A stretch of 64,000 bases of DNA from an uncultured virus (IMG/VR IMGVR_UViG_3300005934_000003) (taxonomy: Duplodnaviria; Heunggongvirae; Uroviricota; Caudoviricetes), in IMG/VR virus record IMGVR_UViG_3300005934_000003; one strand, written 5' to 3'. Made by a program: the position numbers and the translations under genes. Below, piece by piece: positions 49,101 to 59,000 of this stretch; within the stretch, counting starts at the first letter, position 1; each line of letters opens with the position of its first letter. Below the pieces are notes generated by a model that was given only the letters and a program-made list of their open reading frames with translations, had not been told where the DNA came from and ran no database searches.

Positions 49101-52100
49101 CACCTAAACCACTTGTAATGAAAATTCTCATTCCGTTGTAGTCACCAGTGTTTGCAGTGTCAGTGTTTGAAATTACAATTTGTGTAGCATCACCTGACTG
49201 TGCTGTATTATTAACAAAACCGTAGTCAGCACCACCAAAGTTGCCTTCACCGTCTGCGTTAACATCAAGGTTAAGCATTCTAATTTGGAAAACTGCTTGA
49301 TCTCTAAATTCGTCTCCGATTGCAACAGCGTTAACACCATCGCCACCGAATGTGTAAGTAGAATTTGTATAATTGTTACCTGCGTTTGAATATTCTAATG
49401 CTAAAATTTCATTTTGATCTGTGATAACATTTTTAATTTGTGCTTCTTGATATCTGTTATTAACTGTACCAGTAACTGCGTTTTCTGAAGGATCAACACC
49501 TTCTGCAACAGTACCAAAGTCACCGTATGATGAGTTACCGTTTGTAGCACGAATCTTACCACCGTTCTCTGCTAGGTATCCAATGTGTCCGTAGTATGAG
49601 AACACGGAAACAAGTTCTGCTCTACCTAAGTTTGTAATCCAAGCACCAATACCTTGGTCAAGTACCTGTGTAAAGTCGTTGGCAACAATTGAATCATTAC
49701 CACCATTGTGTAGGTCTCCGTCTACTTTCATACCAACACATCCTGTACCAAAAGTTGTTACGTTTTGGACATAAGGTGAACGTGTTTGAATCCAAACTCT
49801 TGGATCTTCTGGACCCCAACCTGGATCAAGCGATACAAACGCACCTGCTGTTGGACGTTTTGTACCATAATCATTTGCCGCTGAAAGTGTGCCTGTTAAA
49901 CCTTGAACTGTACAGTTTCTTAAACCAGTACCGTTTCTCATATAGAACATATCTTCAGTTAACGAACCATTTACACTGTTTGCATAATATCTTGCATTTA
50001 ATAATGTGTAATAATTTCCACCGTGGATAAGTTCCCAAATAAATCCTTCAATAAAGTATTTTACATCTCTTTGACATTTTGATTGGGTATAAGTGTAAGC
50101 AGGATAAGTTGTGTCAATATATGCTGTAACTTCTTCTGCTAAGAAATCTTTGTTTAAATGTAACATAGTGATAGCACCATAAACGTTATCATCGTATGAT
50201 GGAACTAAACTAGAAGCGTAAGGATTAACTTCTGGTGGTGTACTATCTTGTGTATTGTTGTTTACCCAATAGTCAATATAATCTTGAATTGCTTGAATTT
50301 GATTAGCAACAAAAGTTCCTTCTGTTGCAGAACCAGTTGCATTGTTTGTAACCTGTGTTTGCGTATTAGATGGTGTTTTAACAATGCTGTTACCTTGAAT
50401 TACATCACTAACGATGGCTTGTAATCTTTCATAACCAGCAAGTGTATAATTTGTATCAGAACTTTGTGTGAACATTGCCGCAGTCGCCGGACGAATGTTT
50501 GTTGAACGTAATTCGTCTCCAACAACAGCAGTGTGTTCTGGAACAATAATTGGTAACACTTCATAGTAGATACCTGTTTTAACAAATACAGTTTTCTGTA
50601 CAATTTCTTGTGCTGGTAAACCATCCAATGATGAGTCTGCTGATGCTACTTGAGTGGTTAAGATATTAACCAATGATTCAAGTTTTGCTTGAGCACCTGT
50701 TTCTTCACTGTATGTTGCATCAATAGTTTGTGGAATTGGAGATCCAACACTGTTTAATGTTGCATAGTTTTGTGATGGAGCCAAGTTACTAATTATTGCA
50801 TCAACTAATGTTTTAATATAATTTAAAGCGTTTGCTGAAGCAGTTGCAGTTGCACCTGTACCAAAATCGTCATAATATTCTAATGTTAAATTACGTGTTT
50901 CTTTGTTACCACCTGCTGACATATCTTTTGTAATTCTGTCAACAACCCAACCAACACGTTTTTTAAAGTCTGCTTTATCAACTGGATATGTAAATCCAAC
51001 AAATGGCGATACACTATTTGTAACATTGTAATCAATATATTCAACTACTTGTTCTTGAATAAATTGTCTGTTAGCCATTAACAACCATTTTGCATTTGGA
51101 TATAATGGACCGTCTTCGATCATTTTACAAGCGTGTCTTACACTTGCAAAAGGTCTATCAACTGTTGCACCATACTTAGGATATGTACCATCAGTACCAT
51201 TAGGACCAACATAGTAAACGTGAGTAGTAGAACCCCAAGTTCTCCACTCTGGCATACCTGTATCACTTACTGTTAAAATTTGTCCTTCAACACCAATTGG
51301 TAATCTTGTAGGACCTGATCCTGAATAGTAAAGTAAGTCGCCGTCAGTGGTTAATGCACTTGATTCATTACCACCTGCTAAAATTTTATAATATGTACCA
51401 GATACATCAAGGTCTGGTCTTTTACCACCAACTGATTGATTTGATTGGTGTGTTTGTACAACAACATAAGAGTTTACACCGTAGTAAACAACATCACCTG
51501 TGTCATAATCAGTTAGGTTAGTCCAATCACCATTCCATTCAAAACCTGAGTTTAATCTTTCCCAGTAACTTGTATTAGGTGGTTTAATTGCCGTACCTGC
51601 GTGGTCTTGAATACACATATAAGTATATCCGCCAACACGTACAACATCACCTACATAGTAATCTTGTGTTGTTGAATCTTCACCCCAGTCACCTCTGTGA
51701 TTAAATCCTTTTAGATATAAATCCCAATCATTCTGATTTGAATAAGGTGCTTTACCAATGTTGTTGGTTGTAGCAACATAAGAATAACCACCGTAGGTAA
51801 CAATGTCACCTGGTTGATATTGTGATTGAATATTCCAACTATCTTCAAATTCTAAACCTGGAACAAATACTTCCCAGTTTTTTCCAGTTGAAACAGTTGC
51901 TACAGAAAAAGTAATTCCTGAACCTGTTCCACCAATGTTGCCGACAGCAACAGTTAATGTATCACTTACACTATGACCTTGACCGCCTCTTAATGGTGTA
52001 ACACTTGTTGCCGCACCACTGCCGTCAATTACAATTTTAAATCTTTGACCTGTACCACTTCCTGTAGATGTTGCTGGTACGTCATTGTAAGTACCTGCTG

Positions 52101-52986
52101 TTCTTAAAGCATCTGCCGCCGAAATATTATTAACAGTTGCAATAATACCTGTTGCATTTTCGTCAGCCGCTAAACTTGATGTACTTGTATGTTCTGTTGT
52201 ACAAATCCAAAGGTTAGCACCATACTTAACAACATCATTAACTTTATATCTTACGTTTGTTGCCCAGTCTGTTTTGTATACAACACCTTTGTGGAAATAT
52301 TCCCACTTGCTTGAATCTGCTTCTAGACCATTTGTTTCTGATTCTGCTTTGTGACCAACAATACAAACCATAACCTGACCACCGTATAATACTAGGTCAT
52401 TTGGTTTATATCTTACGTCACCGTTAGTAACGTTGGAAGGTAACCAAGCACCTTTCCAATCAAAACCTTTTGAGTAAATGTCCCATTTAGAAAGATCTGC
52501 TTCTAAACCATCAATGTCGGTTACAACGGTAGTGCTTGAAGTATGATAAGTGTTACAAAGATAAATGTTACCACCATACTTAACTAAATCATTTTTCTTA
52601 TATCTTGTGTTGACTGACCAATCACCTTTCCAGTCAGTATTTTCAGCATAAAGATCCCAGTCACCTTGATTTTGTTCTAGTCCTAATGCTACTGTTCCGG
52701 CAGATGTGTGTCCATTATTAGCAACATAAAGTAAGCCACCGTATTTTACTACGTCACCAACTTTATAATAAGTGCTAATTGCCCAATCGCCCTTCCATTG
52801 TTGACCATCGGACATTGTGTTCCAATTAACACTGTCTAAGTAAAAATCAGATCCGGAAGTATGTGCAGTTACACAAATGTATACCTGACCACCGTATCTT
52901 ACGATATCGTCTTTAACGTAGGCTTTAGCGGCTACCCAGTCGCCTTGCCAAACAAATTTAATTCTACCTAGTTTAAATTCTGCCAT
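46192..52986 (-). CDS. Giant tail-fibre/virion protein A (2264 aa)
   Basis: N-terminal W-x5-Y-x3-D-x-V-x-YGG repeats (CBM5/12-like), beta-helix-like core, SxDGxTW propeller repeats, three phycobiliprotein-like inserts; paralog of 53019..59402. Confidence 0.75.
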   Translation of the reverse strand: MAEFKLGRIKFVWQGDWVAAKAYVKDDIVRYGGQVYICVTAHTSGSDFYLDSVNWNTMSDGQQWKGDWAISTYYKVGDVVKYGGLLYVANNGHTSAGTVALGLEQNQGDWDLYAENTDWKGDWSVNTRYKKNDLVKYGGNIYLCNTYHTSSTTVVTDIDGLEADLSKWDIYSKGFDWKGAWLPSNVTNGDVRYKPNDLVLYGGQVMVCIVGHKAESETNGLEADSSKWEYFHKGVVYKTDWATNVRYKVNDVVKYGANLWICTTEHTSTSSLAADENATGIIATVNNISAADALRTAGTYNDVPATSTGSGTGQRFKIVIDGSGAATSVTPLRGGQGHSVSDTLTVAVGNIGGTGSGITFSVATVSTGKNWEVFVPGLEFEDSWNIQSQYQPGDIVTYGGYSYVATTNNIGKAPYSNQNDWDLYLKGFNHRGDWGEDSTTQDYYVGDVVRVGGYTYMCIQDHAGTAIKPPNTSYWERLNSGFEWNGDWTNLTDYDTGDVVYYGVNSYVVVQTHQSNQSVGGKRPDLDVSGTYYKILAGGNESSALTTDGDLLYYSGSGPTRLPIGVEGQILTVSDTGMPEWRTWGSTTHVYYVGPNGTDGTYPKYGATVDRPFASVRHACKMIEDGPLYPNAKWLLMANRQFIQEQVVEYIDYNVTNSVSPFVGFTYPVDKADFKKRVGWVVDRITKDMSAGGNKETRNLTLEYYDDFGTGATATASANALNYIKTLVDAIISNLAPSQNYATLNSVGSPIPQTIDATYSEETGAQAKLESLVNILTTQVASADSSLDGLPAQEIVQKTVFVKTGIYYEVLPIIVPEHTAVVGDELRSTNIRPATAAMFTQSSDTNYTLAGYERLQAIVSDVIQGNSIVKTPSNTQTQVTNNATGSATEGTFVANQIQAIQDYIDYWVNNNTQDSTPPEVNPYASSLVPSYDDNVYGAITMLHLNKDFLAEEVTAYIDTTYPAYTYTQSKCQRDVKYFIEGFIWELIHGGNYYTLLNARYYANSVNGSLTEDMFYMRNGTGLRNCTVQGLTGTLSAANDYGTKRPTAGAFVSLDPGWGPEDPRVWIQTRSPYVQNVTTFGTGCVGMKVDGDLHNGGNDSIVANDFTQVLDQGIGAWITNLGRAELVSVFSYYGHIGYLAENGGKIRATNGNSSYGDFGTVAEGVDPSENAVTGTVNNRYQEAQIKNVITDQNEILALEYSNAGNNYTNSTYTFGGDGVNAVAIGDEFRDQAVFQIRMLNLDVNADGEGNFGGADYGFVNNTAQSGDATQIVISNTDTANTGDYNGMRIFITSGLGVGQYGYIGTYGAGSKTATVFKESDGTAGWDHIIPGTAISSLLDGTTKYEIEPRVTIPHPGFADSSVNIGPNLQINRFAAGYNNGRLFVMGNNVNTIVKSTDGSTWSAAGNLTAGGPWQSIAGDGGDNLVAITNTGTSHNYSNDNGDTWSAVTFPAGGNWVKTVYGNGRWVVISLGTAGMYSTDGQTWTQTTLPATAGGNYVDMVFGRGEFVALSEDGQIARSVDGITWNTVGLTTLNTYAGGGGADYSSIAYGRGRFIVLTDSGRQFWSMNISSWSENTSFPLAGNRGNDYGPFIAYGMGEFVATQGAQGGAGSVTITGGGTDALRPEATYYISPSSYTGGGTNPNGTGTGLGVKVEISDVGAATVTIVNPGRWYDGTEVFTIADSDIGNAGGTDLTFTVGSLGTGQEMATSPDGITWTSRTGTGLGSVSRFQNIIFGNPSNTPTWYRIQTSTTSQNRILTGCKPFIRARVATGKIADMKILEPGSGYATVPTLTITDPSNTVEAPVEVRVGNGALGNPTISNRGIGYETANATVTGDGYQDTYQPGSQIFVEGLTASPKAGSNVTFSGITNITYTNAYELLTTNKEYLKDEVIAWIEAQITAGTGIWSGFTYDATKCERDTGYIVDALAFDLKYGGNTETIKASKLYWDGATSQVAGQQQQTVASINELRDIINNYILTNTAHSSLQSPVVTTQTILGNDGETGTVSKVTYLTGIMTNVITNGLSVVPATKGLNDPYFKLVTVRELLGSGPFTARLQLSPDVPVDNAPEHGDAVELRIRYSQVRLTGHDFLDVGTGGLATTNYPGIPTIEPDATKETYQAGGGRVFYTSTDQDGNFRVGELFSVEQSTGVATLDADAFNIAGLNELSLGSVELGGTGATITEFSTDGTFAANSDSVVPTQRAIRTYINSQIGGGNSELNVNIMTAGVVEIKEDQISTTTGVEIKVKAKVNFLGGVDGDIVALQRYLLS

Positions 52987-53018
52987 TGGATGTTCCTTTT
53001 ACTTTGTTATTTACCATT

Positions 53019-56000
53019 TTAACCTACTCCACCGTCTGCACTACCAAACCCGTGACCGTACGTTTGACCGCCTGTTTCGTCGGTTCCGCCAAAATCATCT
53101 GCTAGAGCAATATGTGTACCGTGTGCAAAGAAAGCCAGCGCCGCCGCTGTACCGCCTACACCACCTTGTACATTCATTTTCTTCAAGAATCTAATTGGTC
53201 TAGTTGGATCCTCTTCTAATGTTGTCATTGTTAGTGTTTGGAATTCAATACGAATTACACCCGCGACCAAACCGTTAACATTAATACTTGTACCACCACC
53301 TGTAATTCTATTTGCTACATAGGCTCCGATAGCCTTTTGTGTTGGAACAATTTTATCACTGTTTGCCGCAAATGTTGGATCAATACTGAATTCATTAATT
53401 ACTGCACCAGTACCACCTAGCACAACACCACCTAAAGATAGTTCTGTTAAACCTTGTAAATCAAACTGGTCAGCGTTAAGAGTAACAGTACCACGTGCCT
53501 GTTCAACTTCAAATAATTCACCAACCCTAAAGTTACCATCTTGGTCAGTTGATGCATAGAATACTCGTCCACCGTCTGCCTGTGCAACTTCGTTAAACGG
53601 TTTAGGAGCATTGTCGGCACCTTCAACAAACCCTGCTAGATATCTTTCTGGATAATCTGTTTCGCTAAAGTTACCAGTACCAATATCTAAGAAATCGTGG
53701 AATGTTAAACGTACCTGTGAATATCTTTGTCTAATTTCAATTGTAGTTTGATGTGCAGGAGATTCTGCAATTCCAATCGGTGGTGAAATGCTTATAATAC
53801 CTGACAAGTTTCCAGTTGATCCTGAAACATTTGATGTTTTTGTAACCTTATAAGTTACTCCATCAATACCTGCTATGTCTAAGTTATCACCAGGTCCAGG
53901 TAATCTTGAAAGTTGTTGAACTTGAATATTAGCACCTAGTTGGAATTGATCCGCATAACCGTCACCTGTAATGGTTGCAGTTGCTGATCTAAATCTTGTA
54001 CCTCTATTAACAAATGATGGTTGAGGTAATACACCATTTCCTAAACGTAAATCCCATTTAGGTTCTTGTGTTGATTTAGGATCAGTAATTGTCATTCTTA
54101 AAACTTGTGATTCGTTAATGTTAAGAACACCTGTTCCACCCATTCCTGAATGTGTATAACAATAGAAATATAAGTTTGCCGGAGCATCAAATTGAACTTC
54201 AATTTCTAATTTTCTATCAGTCGCTGTTTCAAAGTTAGCAATATAATTTGCATAAGTTACTGATGCACCATCAAGCAAATATCTTACACCTTTATGATAT
54301 GGTACACCGCCACCGTGTGTTCCGTCCTGTGTTGTAGAAATCAAGAACGGATGTGCAGGTCCTGGTGTAGAATCTTGTGGGAAATCTAACAGGGTTGGAT
54401 CATTTAAATCAAACGTATATGTAATACCTTGTTGTAGTGCTAATGCTGGAGTTTCGTCAGAATCGATGTAGAATACATTTCCTAAATCAGCACCGTCTCT
54501 TCCAACAGTAACAGTTTTAGTTTCAAACAATTGATACGTTGGTGTTGCACTTGTATAACCTGAACCTGGATCAAGAATTGTAAATGATCCTGCTCTACCG
54601 TTTGATACTTCCATAAATGCAAATGCACCTTTACCTTTTTTGATTATATCAAGAGTATTACTTCCTGATCCTGATAAAGGATTACCTGAACTTGTTACTA
54701 AGAATTTGCCTTCGTTGTTTGGATTACCAAAATTAATTGAAGTATAATTTCTTTGTGGTGTTGTTTCTGAATACCAAGTAATAGCATCTTCTGACCAAGC
54801 CACGTTACTACCGTTCTTTTCAAATGCTAAGAATATACCTTGTCCGTATCCAATTATATAATTTCCTGCACTTGGTAATGCTCCTGGTACTTCAACCCAA
54901 GTATCTTTGCCGTTTCTAACGTTATAGAAAACTTTATCTGTTGTTTCGTCAACAGCAACAAATCTGTTGTTACCAAATATTAATTGTGTACAAGCAGACA
55001 AGTCTAATGGAACAAAGTTTTCGCCCCAACTAGTACCGTCAGCAGTTTTAAAATAAATTCTGTTAACAGTTGAATCAAAATCATTTGTTAATGCAATAAA
55101 GTGTCCTTGTCCCCAAACCAATCCTCTTACAGTTAGTGCACCAGTTTGTACCATAGGTGTGTCGTATGCTGTCCACGTTTGTGCATCTGTTGATTGCCAC
55201 CAAGACAGTCCGTTATCGGACATAATAACATAATATCCATCACCGTATGCAACATAACGCTTGTTAGCAGTTGTTGAGTCTTCAGCAAATTCTGCCATAG
55301 ACCAAGATAGTCCATCTGTTGATGTTGCCGAAATACCTTCTTGTGCTACCGCTACAAATCTACCGCCAGCAAAAATAATGTTTTGCCAATTTAATTCTGA
55401 ACTTTGTATTTCTGGAGGAGCAGTAGGAAATGTTCCCATTGACCAACTTACACCATCACTTGAATAAGCATATTTTGATGTTCCTGTTGTACCAAATTCA
55501 CTTTGTGCAATAGCAACGAATTTGTTATTACCATAAGCAACATCACTCCAGTCAATCGGCTCAGGCATATTTGTTGTAGACGCACTATATGGTGGTTTAC
55601 TAAATTCTACCAATGGTTGAATTTGATAATATGCTGTGTCTAAAATAGGATCAACAATAGGTGTTCCTGAAATTAAGTGATCCCAACCGTCTTGACCGTT
55701 TGAAATTTTTCTAACCGTTGCAATTTTAGTTGATGGATCATATGTATCAACTATACCATACTGTCCAACACCACTACCTGCAATAATTCTAATTAGTTTA
55801 CCTGTGTAACCTGCTGTTGAATCTTCTTCTGTGTCAGTTTGTGATAATGTTATGCTGGTTGTAGTACCACCTTGTGCGAGACCTTGTACAACGGTGTAAT
55901 CGGCACCACCAGCAGTCGATGAATCACCTGGATCCATAATTCTAACTTCTTTTAATGCACCATCTCTAAATTCTAAATATTCTGTAACTAGATCGGAACC

Positions 56001-59000
56001 TGTACCTGAATAAGATTGAACAGCGGCGTTAGTGTAATGTTCACCTGCGTGTGTATATCCAAATAATACAATTTCGTTATCTTGATCAGTATAAACTGTT
56101 CCTACTTCTGCTTCACCTGATCTGTTATTAATAACAGCAGTAATAGGTGTTTCACTAATGTCATAACCTTCTGCAACTGATCCAAAGTCTCCATAAGAGT
56201 TGTTACCATTTGTAGCACGTATCTTACCGCCAGTTTCAGATAGATAACCGATATGACAGTAATATGTAAACACAGAAACAAGTTCTGTTAAACCTAGGTT
56301 TGTACACCATACACCAATACCATCACTGATTACCTGTGTAAAGTCGTTGGAAACAATTGACTTGTTGCCGCCGTCGTGCAAGTTACCATCAATCTTACAT
56401 CCAACACAACCTGTACCTATTGTTGTTACGTTTTGTACATAAGTAGATCTTGATGTGATCCATACACTTGTATCATCTGGACCAGTACCTGGATCAAGTG
56501 ACACAAACGCACCGCCTGTTGGTCTTCTAGTTCCAAACGCATTAACGGCACCTAAACCACCTGTTAATCCTTGAAGCGTAACATTTCTAATACCGCAACC
56601 GTTTCTAACATAAAACATATTTGAAGTTTCGTATCCAGATGCTGGCATAATTCTTGTCGAACGCAGTTCATCACCAACTAATGCAACATTGGCAGGAATT
56701 GAAATAGGTAATATTTCTTTGTATTCTCCTGTTTTAACAAATACCGTTGCAGGTGCTCTAGCACCTTGGTCTGCTAGAATATAATCCATTGCATACTTAA
56801 TTGTTTTGAATGGATTGTTTTCTGAAGCACCTTTATCTAGTGCATCAATACCATCTGGACTTACATAGTAAACTTTAGGTATTGAACCTAGTAATGCCCA
56901 AGCAGGATGAATTGTTTCTGTACTATCAGTTGCTTTAGGAAGTGTTTTAAGAACAGTACCTAGGTCACCAATTGTTATTCTTTCATTTGTACCTTGTGAA
57001 TAAGATTTAATATCACCTAATTCAGCAAGAACGTTTGTTTGAATACCTTTAATGAAGTACGCCCAAAATTCATTTAATGGTTTAGATAAATCAATATCTG
57101 GTCTACTATTAATTGTTGTTGCCGCGTGTCGTTTAATACATTGATATGAAGTGCCTGCCCATTCTACAATATCACCTAATTTATAAACTCTTGCAGAAGA
57201 GTCTTCGTTTTCCTGTAACCATCTACCTTTTAGATATTGTCCAACTGATAATAATTTCCAATTAGTATTTCCTGTAACTGTTACAGTTGCCATCAAACCA
57301 TCTGTTTCGGCCATATTAGCGTGATTATAACAAGCATAGTATAATGTGCCTGGAGCATCATCTGGGATATGATAAGTTACTGATCGTGTTCCTGCAGAAT
57401 TAAATCCTGCATTGTATTCTGCAAGTGTAGGAATAATTCTACCATCTAACATATAAATTACTTCGATGCCGTTTTCATATGGTTCACCGGCTGGTGTTGC
57501 TAGTATTCCGTTTGCTACCGTTGATAGATATAATGGATGATCGTTATTGCTAATATCATTTTGTTCAAATGTATATGTTGCACCTTTTGTAAACGCCAAG
57601 TTTGGAGTTCTTGCATTATCAATATAATACTTTTGTAACCCATTGTAGTTTCTTACACCAACGCTGTAAACAGTAGATTGATCTGATGCATCAGGACCAT
57701 TATTAACTAATGATTGGTGATCTCTTGTTGCTTGATAAAGGTATCCTGAATCTCTAATAACATCACCAATTTTATAGTCAATTGGATAGTTCCAATCACC
57801 TCTATGATTATACCATTTACCTAATATTTCCCAAGTTGTTTCATCTGTTGAAGGATTAACACCCTGGCTAAACTGTATTGCTTTGTATGAATATCCACCG
57901 TGTACAACAACATCCCCTGGTTGGTATGTTATGCCCGAATCCCAAGCATTATCAAAACCTATACCAGGAATGTAATCGTCAAATTTGTTTGTATCAAACG
58001 ATCCTTCGGAAGTGTGTGTTACAGAACATCTATAAACACCTTGACCGTGCGTTACTAGGTCACCTCTATAATATCTAACACCTAACGCCCATTCGCTACG
58101 ATATTGAATACCATCAATTATAATTTCCCAGTTTACTAAATCGTTTTCTAATCCACCTGGATTTTGATCATCAACATAAACTTCGTCAGCGGCTGACATA
58201 TGAGATACTAGACATCTATAAGTTACACCACCGTATCTAACTACATCGTTTTCTCTATAATGTGTTGATGTTTGCCAAGCGTTTGCCCACCAATCTGTTT
58301 TGTGAACAACGTCCCAATAACCTAATCCTTTTTCTTCTAAACCTAAATCTGCTAAATCCGAATCGTGATGAATTCTACATCTGTAAAGCACACCGTTGTA
58401 TCTAACCAAGTCGCCAACAATGTAAGAATTTTCAGCAACCCAATCACCTCTCCATTGCGAGCCTCTTACGTGATTGGTCCAATATGCCGCACGTCTTTCA
58501 AACCCAAATGAACCATCTGTTAGTGCAGTATGACCTTGTACACATCTATATACCACACCGCCTCTATGAACCAAGTCATTTAAAATATATTCTTGTGCTG
58601 TGTATGGAGGTGTTGCATTACCTCCTGAAATATAAGGATCAAAGTTTACAGCATCTACAGGTGTAGTTAAATCTGCATCAGCGTATAAACTAAATTCATT
58701 ATCCGAACGTCTGCTAATATAATAAGTGTTTCCGTTGTATTGTGTTGTACCGTTGACATCTGATATAACAACAGTTTGACCACTTGATAAATTATGTGCC
58801 GCTGTTGTTGTAACAATTGGTGGTTCTAAGTTTTGAATGTTTGTAATAGCAATTGAAGTACCACCAGTTGAAGGTCTCCACGCACCTCTCCAACGGTAAC
58901 CTTCTGACATTAAATCCCATTTTGTTTTTGCTACCGTTCCTGTAACACTTAATTGTAAAACAGCACCTTGCGGATCAACTGTTTCAATTGTAACTCTAGC

